Origin: the human T2T-CHM13v2.0 reference genome, Homo sapiens
Assembly: GCF_009914755.1 (NCBI RefSeq)
Contig: NC_060945.1
Length of the DNA: 64,000 nucleotides
Direction: 5' to 3' (one strand)
Within the stretch, counting starts at the first letter, position 1, and each line of letters begins with the position of its first letter. This document shows, one piece after another, positions 15,028 through 32,077 of the stretch. The notes under the pieces are model-generated. The model ran no database searches, was not told where the DNA came from, and saw only the letters and a list, made by a program, of their open reading frames with translations. The translations under genes were made by a program, and so were the position numbers.

Positions 15028-15176
15028 ATCTTATTTCTCCTTTGCTTGTGAAGCTCAATTTGGCTGGATATGAAATTCTGGGTTGGAAATTATTTTCTTT
15101 AAGAATGTTGAATATTGGCCCCCAATCTCTTCTGGCTTGTAAAGTTTCTGCTGAGAGGACCACTGTTAGTCTGATT
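15028..15176 (-). mobile_element. Isolated L1PA ORF1 fragment
   Basis: Translates LSAETLQARRDWGPIFNILKENNFQPRISYPAKLSF, the L1 ORF1p RRM/CTD region. Confidence 0.92.
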
Positions 15177-15363
15177 CCACTGCTGTCCCATCAGTGGCAC
15201 AGGGCCCTCCATGTCCTTGGTGCACATTGGCCCCAAGGGACCCAGACAAGGTGGGGCTGGGTGGGGGCTGGCGTGGGCTGTGTACACCCAGGTCGAGCTG
15301 AGCCTGGCCCACATTGGGCACCTACAAGTCAGGAGGACCCCCACCCACCTGGTACTTACACAT

Positions 15364-15681
15364 CAGGGGTTCCCAACCCCCGGGCCTCAAACCACTACTG
15401 GTCTGTGGCCTGTTAAGAACGGAGCCTCACAGCAGGAGGTGAGGATGGGGAGCAGTGAGCATTCCAGCCTGAGCACCACCTCCTGTCAGATCAGCGGCCA
15501 CATTAGAGTCTCATAGGGGCGCAGGGGAGGGATCTCAATTGTGTGCTCCTTATGAGAATCTAATGCCTGATGATCTGAGATAGAACAGTTTCATCCCAAA
15601 ACCATCCCCCTACCTGCATCCATGGAAAAATTGTTCTCCATGGAACTGTCCTGGTGCCCAAAAGGCTGGGGAGTGCCATTG
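15364..15681 (+). mobile_element. MER1 (probably MER1B; hAT-Charlie) DNA transposon
   Basis: caggggttcccaacccc start; ttatgagaatctaatgcctgatgatctga; catggaaaaattgt; ggctgggga end. Confidence 0.85.
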
Positions 15682-16384
15682 TAGAGCACATAAGAAGCTC
15701 TGTGATTTGAGGCATCAGGATGGAGATGAGGGACAATGGTGTTATTTCAAAAGGCTGCATGCTGTTTGTCCTTCTTCCCTCAGGACGAGGTGTGATGAGC
15801 CAGAAAGTCTGATGGGGCTTCCCAGCACTATCCTAAGTCCTCCTCTGTAGGGCCTTGGGCTGCCTCTGGGCCAGGAGGCCACCACTCGGCCAGTCCCCCA
15901 GACCCCAGGGGCTGGGGCTGCTCCCTGCTGGGCTGTCTGGCTGGCTTTCCCTGCCTGCTCTGATGGTGAGTCATTCTGGGTCTCACTTGTGACTGAGTGG
16001 CTTCAGGACACAGGACACAGTTCACATCTCAGGGCTTTAGGCTCTGGGCTCTCTCTGGACATCTAGGGGCCAGGGAGGGACCTCAGGCCTTTGTAATGGG
16101 AGGCGACCCTTCTTCCCTGGACACACAGCTGAAAATAGACACCCCCCCGCCACCGTGCATGAGCACACGGGGGTCCCCACCCAAGGGTGTCATGTGATAG
16201 GATGAGGGCAGGGATCCACAGCTCGGGCTGGTGGAGCGGGGTGGGTCTGGGCAGAGGTCCCTGGTGCTGGCCTCTGTGTTTGGCAGAGATGCAAAGGCAG
16301 GCAGGGAGGGGAAGCTTCGGAGTGGGAGAGCGGAGGCACAGGTGTGCCCTGGGAAGGCAGGCGGCCAGGCGTGGGGGTGGATCA

Positions 16385-16786
<402 letters not shown>

Positions 16787-17246
16787 TTAATGAGTGAATT
16801 ACATTTGTCATTTGATGTATTAATCCAGTCCCAGCTGTTTGGAGCTGATGGTAACAGGAGCTGTTGTTTAGCTTCCTGGATGCTCTCTGGAGATGACAGT
16901 CTCCCTTCCTATGACTCAACACAGCAGGCGGCCTCTGGGCTGCTTACCAGGGATGAGGGCGACCTCCCGGGCTGGTTATGGGGGCAGGGGGGAGGCCTCC
17001 TGGGCTGGGTGCTGCAGATGTGGGGTGGAGTTCCATTTTTATAGCTGGGCTGGCCGCTGTCCATGTGCACATTCAGTCTCTAACAACTAAAATTTCTCAT
17101 CGTAAGTTTAAGTAGTTGCAAAGGATATAACTTCTGATACATTATAAAACCAATATGTAAGAAATAACCATGAAGTCACTCTTTTAAATGTATTCAAAAC
17201 CCCAGTGATTTGATAGCCACCATTATCTGTTTTAAAAATACAGGCA

Positions 17247-17535
17247 AGCTGGGCGTGCTGGCTCATGCCTGTAATCCCAGCACTTTGGGAGGCCAAGGCC
17301 AGAGGATGACTTGAGCCCAGGAGTTCCAGACCAGCCTGGGCAACATAGCAAGACCCCATCTCTATAGAAGTAAAAATAAAAAATTAGCCATGGTGTGATG
17401 GCACGGGGCTGTGGTCTCAACTACCCGGGAGGCTGAGATGGGAAGATCACTTGAGCCCAGCAGGTCGAGTCTGCAGGAAGCCGTGATCACATCACCGCAC
17501 TCCAGCTGGGATGACAGAGCAAGATCTTGTCTCAA
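17247..17535 (+). mobile_element. AluJ
   Basis: ttgagcccaggagt and cctgggcaacatagcaagacccc diagnostics. Confidence 0.9.
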
Positions 17536-17639
17536 TTCATCCGTCCATCCATACATCCATGCGTCACTCAGTTTAAAAGAACAAAAACCAAAGAAATCTG
17601 AAAAGCTTACAACGAAAAGACGCTCAGTATTCTCTTCTC

Positions 17640-17962
17640 CTCCCTGGATTAGCTGGGTGGGCGCCAGGTCATCACAGGGTCCTTGTAAGAGGAAGGCAAG
17701 GGGTCAGAGTCGGGCAGAGGAAGCCAAGGTCAGAGGGGAGGAGAGGCTGCTGACTTTGAAGATGGAAGAGAGGCCTGAGCCAAGGGGTGCAGCGGATCCT
17801 AGAAATGGTAAGAGGGACACAGATCCTCCCCTAGCGCCTCCAGGAGGAGTGGAACCCAGCCAACACCTGGATCGGAGCTTCTGACCTCCAGGGCTGTAGG
17901 AGAATAAATGTGTGTTGCTGAAGCCACTGACTAGTCAGCTACTGCAACCGTTGGAAACTACA
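17640..17962 (+). mobile_element. MLT1 (MLT1D-like) LTR
   Basis: gctgactttgaagatgga...cttctgacctccag...aataaatgtgtgttgctgaagccact. Confidence 0.75.
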
Positions 17963-19667
17963 GCTATTATCACAATGCCCATAAAACACGCTCCAGCAGC
18001 GTGAGAACAAAGACAGTTGTGTGGTGGTTATGAAACCTCACCTAACAAGACCATGTTTAAGAAAAGCCAAATAAAAACAAGAAGTAATTATTTAAGCGGT
18101 ATCCTAATAAACGGCTTGCAAAAATATGTGAGCAAATGAAGTGGTCTCCATCCAGAACCTTGATGCTGGTATTTATTTTGCTACTTAAGAGAGTAAGAGG
18201 GCCATTTGGATCGTGTCATGGAGGGTGTTTCGACATCATGTTCCTGCTAGCAGTTGCAGAGGCAACACACTGGTCCAGGCTGTGCATCTGGGCTCCAGGC
18301 CGCTTCCCGTGGGGCAGGGCAGCTGCTCCAGGAAGAGGCTGAGAGCTGGGGTCTGGGTGACTGGGCTGGGATCTGCGCCGGGTGGGGAGGAGAAGCCCAC
18401 CGCACTGGGGTTCAGGGGTTCCCAGAAGAGGAGACCAAAGCCATGCATGGTGCTTTGCAGCCTGAGTCTGAGCTGAGCTGGTGGGGGGACCCCAACACAA
18501 GGAGGACGCACCGGGTCACAAGGACTGTGCTCGCTGAACGTCAGGGACAGGGTGGGCCCTCCTTCCCAAAGCCATCAGTGCTCCCCACTGGGCCAGCGTC
18601 TGGCTCACAGCTGGGAGAGCTGGGAAGGGCTTCATGGGTCATGGGCACCCACCAAGGGCAGTGTTGCTGACCATATGGAGCCAGGAAAACCAAAGTTGCA
18701 CATTTTTTTTTTTTTTTTCCAGAACACAAGATTCCCTTAGAGTGTTGTTCTTCACGGTTCATGATTTGGTTCAATTGTTACCATTCCTGATGCTTCCTCC
18801 TAGGAAACAAGAGTAAACCACAATGGCCTGTAAAACAAATATTAAAATCTCGCATGTACTCTTGGGACAGACGTCGTCTTGAGTGATGGCCTTCCCGGCC
18901 CTGACCAATGCCTGTGCACATCCTGAGTTTGTCTGAGAGCCAGAGACCCCCTCTGAGAAATGGGATGGCTCCAGCTGGGAAGCCCCCGCCCTGCCAAGGA
19001 ATGTCACGAGCCTCAAGCAGATTTGCTCTTAGATATTTCTTTTTAATCGAGTCTAACAGTGATTGTTGAGCCGTCCTTCATTTTTTTTTTTTTTTTGTAA
19101 GATGCCTCTGTCAAGAAGGAGCCACGAGTTGGCTTTCATGGAATGGGCGCTCTTGGTGGCCAAATAGAAATAAAACCTGGCTGTCTGGTCCTGATCCACT
19201 CACAGAAGTGGCGTAAACACCTTATTTATGATCTGGGACATTCAACACCATCTTATAAAAGATTCATAGAATACACATTCACACACCCACAAAAATCAAA
19301 AGAGCAGATTTTCCAAAAATAGGTGCAAGAAAGATCCAACTTCCAGGATAAAATTTTAGAACCAACATTTCCATTAACAAAAGCGGTCTTGTCTAAAACT
19401 CTACCGACCGCGCTAAAATCCCATGCAAAACAGAGCTCTGGTTACGTAGATCGTGATCAATAATGAGAAACTGTGAGGCATCCCCGTGGGATCTGACACT
19501 TCCTAGGGGAGCTTCTCTCCACTGGTAATAAAGATATAATTAGGAATTTCAACTACCTGTGATTTTGCCAACTTACGGCATTTGTTGAGAATTTCGGTCC
19601 CTGTGTTTATGCACACACCTTTCAACCTTAGATTCGACGGTGATGGGTTAGTAAACGTCAATTCTAA

Positions 19668-19868
19668 AGTGGTCGTTTTCAACCAGGGGCAATTTTACCC
19701 CGCAGGGGACACTGGCAGTGTCTGGAGACATGTTTGGTTGTCATGACTTGGGGCAGAGGTGCCACGGGCACCTGGAGGGTGGAGGCCAGGGTGCGGCTCA
19801 ATACCCTAACCACACAGGATGGCCCCAGGACAAAGATGCCCCTGGTGCTGAGAGCAGGGCCCTGTTCT
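19668..19868 (+). mobile_element. MER20 (hAT) DNA transposon
   Basis: tcaaccaggggcaattttacccc...gggacactggcagtgtctggagacatgtttggttgtca. Confidence 0.8.
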
Positions 19869-21678
19869 AAGAGATGGGTGGCTGGAGCCTGGCTGGAGGG
19901 CACTAGTGGCACTCTGGGCTGGTCTCCCAGGGCCCCATCTGCCAGGTCGGGGGCCCACGTGGGCCTGCAGGATGTGCGTGCTTCTCTGCTGTTGAGATTG
20001 CATCAGCACAACACCCACAGCCGTGACACGGGGGCAGGCACCTCAGTGACGCCAGAGTCGGGACGGGAGGTGTGGAGATCTGGGCTTGCTTCCTCTTTTC
20101 AGTCCCAGGACAGCTCCTCTTTGGCTGTGGGAGGCCCAGCTTCAGCCTTGTCTGTGGCTTCCTGGTGGGAGGACACAGGCCTTGAGGGACGTTTGTCCGA
20201 GACGGTCCTCATCCTACTGGTAGGGACACAGAGCAGCTGTTCCTCTGGCCCCTCCAGGAGCAAGACACATGCACTGCTGAGGCCTTGGAAGCCTACACAG
20301 GTTTATCACCCACGGCCAGACCTGTCTGTCAGGGAGCAGGTGGGGTCATCCTGCCCTGAAGCACCGATGAGCTGATCCCGGTCATGCAGAGTGGGTGGGG
20401 ACCTCTTGGCCGGGCCTGTTCATGTAGCACACACGGCTTTGCTGCCCATAGAATCCAGGGCCCCCAGTGTGAGCACCACTCTCCATCCCTGAGGCCGAGC
20501 CTTACCCTGGAGGCAGCCTCAGGTGAGATGCCCCTAATGGAGCCACCTGGCAATGGACCGCTCTCAGGTCCTTCAGCTCGGTGCACTCACCCGGGAGCCC
20601 TGCGTTCTGTCCTGGGGTAGAGGCTCAGGGTTGGTTTGAAGCCATATAGTCAGCTCCCAGAGTCACAGAAACGTCCAAGGAAGAAAACTGTCCGATTACA
20701 GACTTTTAAAATTCATTCATAGTTTAATCAAGAGAACTTGCTGTTCCTTCCTCAAATTTCCTAGAATTGGTCTTCTCATAATCACCACCTAGGGCACAGC
20801 TGTGGCCAAGGCTCCCATGATGAAGCGTCTGTGTCAGCGCTGACGAGGTCTGCCGAGGACGCGTTTCTCTCTGCAGCCCGGCACCAGTCTCAAGGCCATC
20901 GGCTCCGACAGCGTCACCTCCTGGGACCTTCCCTTCATGTATGGTCCCAGCGGCATGCGGGCCTGGTGGAGGAGGTCCTGACCTGCCGCCCAGGGATGGC
21001 CGGTCCAGGCGCAGGGCTGATTGTCCACTTCTGGCCCCTGAGGTACCGGGAGGGCTGGTGAGCAGCGTGTCTCGCTCTGAGACCGGCCAGGCTGCTGGGG
21101 CAGGCATCTGATGTACAGTAGTTCCCACACGTGGCAATGTCACCAGCAAGAGCCACGTATGATAAATTCAGGCCGTCCACCGTGGCAACACTGGGAAGGC
21201 TGATTCTGTAGGAAAGGATTGGCCTTGGGCCATCACTGTTCAAAGAAGAAGAAATCCCTGGATCACTGTCTGATCCAACTCCAGACAGACACTCCACACA
21301 GGATTCCTCCTGGGGATCACGGCTCTTCTCTTGGCGGAGAAGAAGGAGGGAGAATGAGCCCATGTCGGGGGCCTCTAGGCAGCCCGCCACGGCCCTACAA
21401 CTCAAAGAAAACTCACCAGTCCCTGGTCACTCGGATGTCCTTGGAGGCGCTTGGATTTACTGCAGGGACCCCAAGAGTCGGCCACGGCAGAGCCCCGTCT
21501 GCCAGCCCACCGAGGACTCGGGGAGGGGAGGGAGCACTGCAGCAGAACGGAAAATGGGTCCACGCTCAGCTTCTTGGTTTATCATTTTAGACTTTATGCG
21601 TTGGCTTCCTGCGACACATGGTTACATTTTAACCCTTTTACAACCACATTTCCTCCCCCAATCCTCTCAATGTCATGA

Positions 21679-22291
<613 letters not shown>

Positions 22292-22386
22292 TCCTTGTCA
22301 TGGCTTTTACTCCACAGTGTGTATGCCGTTGAAATTGAATAAATATGGATTACAACAGAGACCACTGTTGTGCTATGATTACATTT

Positions 22387-24080
<1,694 letters not shown>

Positions 24081-25555
24081 ATTACATTTTTGATACTACC
24101 TTACGTTTTTCCTGGCCTTTTGTTTATTTTTTATTTATTTATTTTTTAGAGACAGTGTCTCACTGTGGACGTCCAGCCTCTGGAACTGTGAGAGGTACAT
24201 GTCTGTTATGTAGGCTGCCCAGGCTGTGGAACTGTGTCATAGTGGCCTGAGTGACTTAAGCACCTGCCTGTAGGCCAGGACTGTGGCTCCACAGCCCAGC
24301 TTCAAGCCTGGCCGACCAGGGGTTTGGCATGAAGACCCCGGCAGGGCTGGGGCTGTGCTGGAATCCACCCGGAAGTTTCCTGCCCCTTGGGCTGCCCACC
24401 AGGTCCCCTTTCTGCTCTGATCAAGCTGGACAAAACGTCGTGGGGCCACAGCACAGGGGGCCAACGCAAGCTGGGATCGTCAGACGTTAGGAAATCCCAA
24501 GGAAGAAGAGAAAGGGGACACATTCGGGAGACGTCGGCACACGCTCGAAGCAGCGGACAGGCACCTCTCTGTGGACAAGGCAGACTGGGCGGCCGAGATT
24601 CCGCATAGATGCCTGCTTCCTCCACGACCTCCACGTGTGGCTGGCCCAGTCCGGGTCCCCCTCACCTCCTCTGTCTGTCTTGGTGGCCTCACGCCGTGGG
24701 CTGTGATGCCGGCTACGCTGCTTGGGTGGCCAAGGGTCTGAGCTGCAAGACGCCCAGCCTGGGTCTCTCCCGAGCTCTCCCACGTCCTGTCTGCTCCTCC
24801 TCCGAGCTCCCGGTTGACTCTCACGACTGCACCAGCCTCTCCCCCAGGAAGGCGTGGAAACAACCTCCTTCTCCCAGGCCCGCTCTGCCTCCTGCGTTTC
24901 AAGGCAAATCCGTTCCTCCAGGAGATGATGCAACCACATCCTGTTGGAGCCCAGAGAAGTGCGGATGCAGCCCGGGGCTCTTTCTTTCCTAGAACCCTGC
25001 CTGGGAGTGGCTTCCCTGAACTAAGGACAGAGACTTTGTCTTCGTTGCCTCTCGGCCTGTGGGCACTGAGCATACAGTAGGTGCTCAGTAAATGCTTGCA
25101 GGCCGATGCCCAGAGCCATTAGCCCTCATCATGGTGAGCTCGGCAGCCGGTGTTGGGGCTGGGCTGGGCCTAGGTGTGCGTGGGGGCGGTGCTGGTCTGC
25201 TTTGCTGGGAGCCATGGACACCGGAGGAACAGGGCCCCATCAGTGCGGTCAGAGTGCAAACTCGGAGCGTCCTTCTCTGGAAAACGAATCGCAGTGGCCC
25301 CGATCTTTGGGGCTTTCTGTGTCCCCTGTGCATGGTTAGAGAAGAGAAAACATGCACTGGTTTCCTGAAAATCCCTAGGATTTCTTCAGAGGTCTCAGCT
25401 TCTGCCCACAGCCTCTGGGGAGCAGACCAGGAGCCCCGCAGCACGGGAGTCCCCAGACCCACCCTGACCACAGCCCAGGAATCCCGAAGCAGAGGCTCTG
25501 GGTCAGCTTCTGCAGACGCTGGAGAAGGCGGGAGGCTCAGGGCTGGGCCTCCAGG

Positions 25556-26015
25556 TGTAACCGCCTGATGGGCTCTTCCTGCCCCTGCACAGACAAAACC
25601 TCTTCACTGGGCCCAAGGCATTGCTATAAAGAGTTTAATAGACACCAGGCTGGCCATGCCACGTGGGAGATGGAGTTATTACTCAAATCAATCTCCCCCA
25701 AGAGACGGAGTTATTACTCAAATCAATCATCTCCCCCAAAATTCTCAGGCTCGGGTTTTTCAAGGATAGTTTGGCAGGCCAGGGAGTCTGCTTCTGGGTG
25801 GGGCCACAGGACCCGTTTGTGGCGGGCAGGGGGGTTGGTGTGTCCAAATCCAGGTGGAGCCATCATTGTCAGAAATGCAAAAACCTGAAAAGACACCTCA
25901 AAAGGCCGATCTTAGCGTCTACAATAGTGATTCATCCTCAGGAGTAATTGGGGAAGTTGCAAATTGTGTGACCTCCGGAATAATGGCTGTTACAATTTTT
26001 GCAAAGGCAGTTTCA
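25556..26015 (-). mobile_element. Internally deleted ERV1 solo LTR (LTR8A/LTR26-like) with 4-bp TSD CAGG
   Basis: Minus strand begins TGAAACTGCCTTTGCAAAA and ends GGCGGTTACA; cagg at 25552-25555 and 26016-26019; internal ~35-bp tandem duplication at 25667-25740. Confidence 0.8.
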
Positions 26016-27214
26016 CAGGGATGAGGCCAGGACAGAGGGCACAGCCCGCTGGGACTCCAGGGCTGCCCCTGCACCCCCCATATCAGCTCAGAGAGGCCTG
26101 GTGTCCCCGCTGCCAGGGGTTGACACCCACTGGTACCCCCTGTGGAGCAGCTGTGGGCGGGGGCTCTGCAGGGAGGGTGTCGGGGGGGCCAGGTGAGCCA
26201 GCCCAGAGCCATGCCCGCACCTGCTGTGGGCCCTGGCCAGGGCAACCGCTGCCTCTTCCTTTGATGTCCCTACCCTATGCCCCTCTCTTCAGGCCTGTTC
26301 TGCCTGACCCCGCTACCTCCATCCGGCTGCCTTCCATGAGCAGCAGCTGCCTTCCCCCCACACCCTTCCTTGGTGGCCCCGCCCCTCTGATCTCCGTGAG
26401 CCAGGATCTCCCCCAGGATCCCTATTTCCCACGGGCTTTTGGCAATGGGCTGCTCACCCCCTCCTTCCCCTCCTCCTCATTCATCTGCCATCTGTGAAAT
26501 GTGGAGGAGGGGCCTGCCCTGTGCCAGGATCTGTGCCCTAGACACTTCCCCAGCCAGGCCCAAGGGCTGAGCGTGAGGCTGGCAGGTCTGCACTTGAGGT
26601 GGATGGTGAGGGTGCCCTCGCCCACCTGCAGCCATTGTCTGCTGAGTACCTGTGGTGCAGATGGGGATGGCTGCAGGGGGGTCTCAGCTCACGCAGTATT
26701 GCGGCCATGGGTGCTGGACATTGGTAGGTCTCTCTGAGCAGAGCCCGATGGAAGTGAGAAGGGCGTGCGTTAGGGGAGCATTTGGAGAGGGAGCCACGGG
26801 TACAGCTGCCCTGCAAGCTCCAGCGCCCATGGGAAAAAGGGACCGAGGGGGAGAGGGGAGGGGATAGGGGGAGGGGAAGGGGATGGGGCGTCGGTGGTTG
26901 CTTGGGCTCTTAGGGTGGGGGTGATGCCTGCAGTCTTGGTGTTGAAGGGAAGACCAGGGAAGAGGGAAGGCAGGAGGCCTGGGAGAGAAAGGGAAGAGCT
27001 GTTGGGTGCTGGCGGAGTGGAGCGGGCTCTTGCATCACTCCATCCCAGGCTCCACCCTGCCTGCACCTGGAGGCCTCCCTCACCTGGCTCCTCTGTGCTC
27101 CAGACCCCTCCCCTTTCCAGGTCCAGGATTCCCCCTGCCCAAACAGCACTGACCAGGCCCCCAGGGCCTGTGCCTGCAGCCCCCAGGGACGGGTGGGCGT
27201 AAAAAGATACAGCG

Positions 27215-27512
27215 GGCCAGGCGGCTCACGCCTGTAATCCCAGCACTTTGGGAGGCCAAGGCGGGTGGATCATGAGGTCAGGAGTTCAAGACCAGCCTGG
27301 CCAAGATGGTGAAACCCTGTCTCTACTAAAAATACAAAAAAATTAGCTGGCGTGGTGGCCTGTGCCTGTAATCCCAGCTACTCCGGAGGCTGAGGCAGAG
27401 AATTGCTTAAACCTGCAGGGGTGGAGGTTGCAGGGAGCCGAGACCGCACCACTGCACTCCAGCCTGGGCGACAGACCAAGACTCCGTCTCAAAAAAAAAA
27501 AAAACAAAAAAA
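27215..27512 (+). mobile_element. AluS
   Basis: Alu consensus. Confidence 0.93.
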
Positions 27513-27732
27513 CACAGCGGCCATTCTGGGAGCCTTGGAATGACCCTGAGAAGTGAGTGTGAGCATGTCTGGAACACGCAGCCGAGCCTGAAGGAGGACT
27601 GGGTGCCTGCAGTGGGAGCCATCTCCCTTCTGGGTTTTCTGATTTTAGCCTCGCGCTGCCTTTGAGCGATTTTCCAATCTGTACATTACAGATAACAGAG
27701 AGCAATGCAGATAACTCTTGCTTATAGCCACG

Positions 27733-28520
<788 letters not shown>

Positions 28521-30804
28521 TCTGGACTGCCTGGACAGCATGCAGATGGGCTCTGCCCGCGGCTGCCCACGAGTTCCCACCGCCCGCCCGTCCGTGGGAG
28601 AGCCAGTCCTCGTATGTGAAGCGTACCTGTATCCCTTTACTCCGCGTACACAGGTGCCTTTGTCACTTCTCCTTTGACCTGGCTGGCACATCTTACCGGT
28701 TTCTGCGCTAACAATGAGTTGAAGGAAATCTTGAACGCGCGTTCATTTTATATCGGTATCAGAGTCTGTTTATTTCTTGTTGACACTAATCTTTGAGCAT
28801 GAGTAGTTTAGTGATTGTGAAACAGAAACTTCTGGATACAAAATCAGTCTCCTGGCTGTGACCCAATCATCTTCGCAGTTCTGATTACCTGTGATTAAGA
28901 AAATAAATAAGAACACCCATTGGGGGAAGGCTTCCCTCCCCCGGGCACAGCAGCTTTAAAACCGAAAGGGAAGTGGGTGCTGTGAGCAGCTCTGTTCAGG
29001 CCTAAGGCCACGCATGTGTGCCCCGTGGGGGAGACATGCACCAGCGAATCAGGAAACAGTGGTGACAGCCGTTCCGGGAGGCTGACTGGGGGTGCAGGGG
29101 TCACTTTTCTAATGTGGGTGGGTCTGTGTCCCCTGCAGGAACGTGGCTGCAGCAAAGCCGGTCAGCCAGCGGTCAGCTCCAGCCCCTGTCCAGGCCCTGT
29201 GGGTCCTGCTGACCAGGCTGCGGTTGTTCCCAAACCAGTTCCCAGCCCCCGCTTGCCCTACTTCCTCTCACACCAGCTCCTTCCACCCCCTCACACCCAC
29301 CTGCAGGCTCCCAGCCCAGGCTACTGACATCAATCATGGCAATCGCTATTCCAGAGGTATACGCGGTGGGTGGGGTCCGGTATCGCCTGCCATGCCTCAC
29401 TCACCGGGCACCCAGATAACCTGAGGCCAGGGAGCAGCCACTCGCCCTGACCCATGCTCCCCGGGCCCCTGAGGCACCCAGGAGGACCACCCGGCCGCTT
29501 CTGCTCAGAGCCCAGCACCCCCGAGTCTGTGAAGAGGTCACATCTGACCACGTTTCCAGGTGGCTGCCCAGGCGTGGGTTCATGGCCGCTTCCGGTTTCC
29601 TCCTCGAGCTGAACCACACACCTGCTCTGTCCCGGGCTTTCTGGAGGGGTTTTCCGAAGTGAGACTGTGGGCTCCCTCCAGGGCTGGGGGCAGGAGGACA
29701 CACGGGGAAGGTGGGCAAGCAGCCCCAGGCTGAGGGAGGCCTCCCCTCTGCAGCGTTTGTTCATTCATTTGTTCATCGCTAACACTGTCTTGGGCTTCAG
29801 GGAAAACAGGTGTCTCTGGTCCACATGCAGAAGAGCCACCACCGTGGCACGACTGGATGACTCAGACCCCGGGCGGGGGGTATGATTTGGACACAGTCAT
29901 TGTCCAGGGACACAACTTTGCCTGGACCAGAGCTTCTCACCCCCAGGCCATTTGAAACCCCAGGGGATACTCGACAAAGTCCAGAGACATTTTGGGTTGT
30001 TCCTTTCCAGCCCCGGCGATGGTGGGGACGTGTCCATGTCTGTGTCCCTCCGGTCACTCTCTCTGGCCCTCTCCCTCCCTGGGGGCAGCTGCTCTCAGCC
30101 CTCCCTGCCCCCACATCGCCATCCTGCCTGTCCTTCTGGGCCTGCACGTTTGTTGTGTTTGGAAGGAGCCACCAAGGAGGAGGATGTCAACGTGCAAGTT
30201 CTCAGGGAAGCAGGCCCCGCAGCCTCCGTCAGTGTCTTCCGTCCGCAGGAAGAACCCAGGCCTGGGTGATTCATCGGGGCCTCAGGGCCGGGAGGCACTA
30301 AATCTTCTGCAGATGTGGTAAGATCCTATCACAGCAGAAAGGGAAGGGCTAGAGTCTCAGGGAAGGTTTTGCTAGGGAGACGGGCTTGGAGGGGGCTGAG
30401 GCTCATGGGAGCTGCAAGGGTACAGGAGGGGAGGGGACCCCAGGGCAGGTGGATGGACACCTGGGTGGGTAAGAAAAGGGCCTCTCAGAGGGCAAGGGAG
30501 GGCCAGGGAGGGAGCAGTGAGCCCTGACTGACTGTACAAGCTTAACTGGCTGCCCTTGTCCTGCAGGTGGTGTGGGCTGTGTGGATTTCGGATGTGGGCC
30601 CATAACATAGCCACATTGCTGCAAAGCAAGTGAGTCTGAGGCAAGAAGAAGGCCCAACCTTGGGAGGCTGACCTGGAGGGCAGGCAGAGGCAGGTGGTAA
30701 GGACCTGCCTTACCTGTTGAGGTGACAGTGGGGGACATATTGCAAGGAAGGAGGCCCTGGATCCTCAGGATGTGGATGGTGGGTAGAAGGGTGACAGCTA
30801 ATGG

Positions 30805-31244
30805 ATGTCCACCTGCACAGATGCCCACCTGCATGAGTGCCCACCTGCATGAGTGCCCACTTGTACCAATGTCCACCTGTACAGATGTCCACATGCAAAT
30901 GCCCATCTGCACTGATATCCACCTGCACAGATGCCTACCTGCATGAATACCCACTTGCCTGAAAGCCCACCTGCACCCATGTCCACTGGCACAAATGCCC
31001 ACCTGCACCCATGTCCACTGGCACAAATGCCCACCTGCACAGAAGCCCACCCACACAAATGCCCACCTGCAAAAATGTCCGCCTGCACAGATGTCCACCT
31101 GCATGAATGCCCACCTGTGTCCACATGCACGAATACCCACCTGCACAGATGCCCACCTGCACGGATGCCCACCTGTACAAAGGCCTACCTGCGTGAATGT
31201 CCACCTGCATGGATGCCCACCCGCACGGATGCCCACCTGCACAG
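30805..31244. repeat. 16-bp minisatellite (atgcccacctgcacag) x~28
   Basis: Directly visible degenerate 16-mer array. Confidence 0.93.
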
Positions 31245-32077
31245 TTATCCATCTGAACAGCCCTCTGGTGCCTCCTTTTGCTTGCACATGTTCAAATCCT
31301 CCCAGTCCTACAGTCGATTGTTCCTAGTTGGGGTCTTTCTGGGCATGTTATTCTAAAACTTGTTTTTTCCCGTCTCCACATCAAAGGAGAAAGGTCTAGC
31401 TTGCTTCTTTGCTATAGAGCAGGGCCTGAGTGAGGTCAGGACCACAGAGCAGACCCTATGAGTGTTGGTCAGGACACAGAGCAGGACCCCTTCAGGGTCT
31501 GGAAGAGGGTTCCCCAAGCTCCTGTTCAACCTGAGTGAGAGGCTCAGGCTGCCCCCAACACACTGCACAGAAAAATGGGCCATTGATTCAGAGCCACCCA
31601 CGCTAACAGCAGTTCAGCTGCAGCCCTCCGGCAGGCAGGTCCTGGGAACACTAGGAACCTGAGACCCTGTCCCTTCCTGATAGCGGGGTGTGGTGACATG
31701 AGGAGAGACTGGGTACCTCCATTCTGCTCATGAAAGTCACAGAGGGGACCGGGGACCCCAGGCCCCTAGCGATACCAGCACCCCACACAATGCCTTTCTG
31801 GGATACACCCCCCCAACACGGCCTGCCCAAGGCATCAGGAGCTGTGTAGAGGAGTCAGCTGGGGGTGGCAGAGCCCCAGGGAACAATCATGGGTCGCTGG
31901 CAGATGAGCCATGCGCCCACACAGCACAGGCCCTCACCCCTGCAGCTGGGGGAGCCCTCCTTGGGAGCGGGCCCAGGATCCGGGCAAAATGACACAGACC
32001 GGATCCAGGAGCAGACTGAGCAAAAGTGGCAAAAGTATTCTCCAGGTTAAGGGAATATTTTCACCAATTGAGAGACC

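Noticed and set aside
18700-19180. Poly-T tracts with a strong plus-strand acceptor (tttccag at 18722) and AATAAA at ~19169, suggesting a terminal exon or processed pseudogene
   Set aside because: No recognisable parent gene, TSD or linked upstream donor; the signals are too generic to support a call.
30403-31356. Cys/His-rich ORFs resembling metallothionein or keratin-associated proteins
   Set aside because: Translations of the 16-bp tandem repeat cycling through frames.
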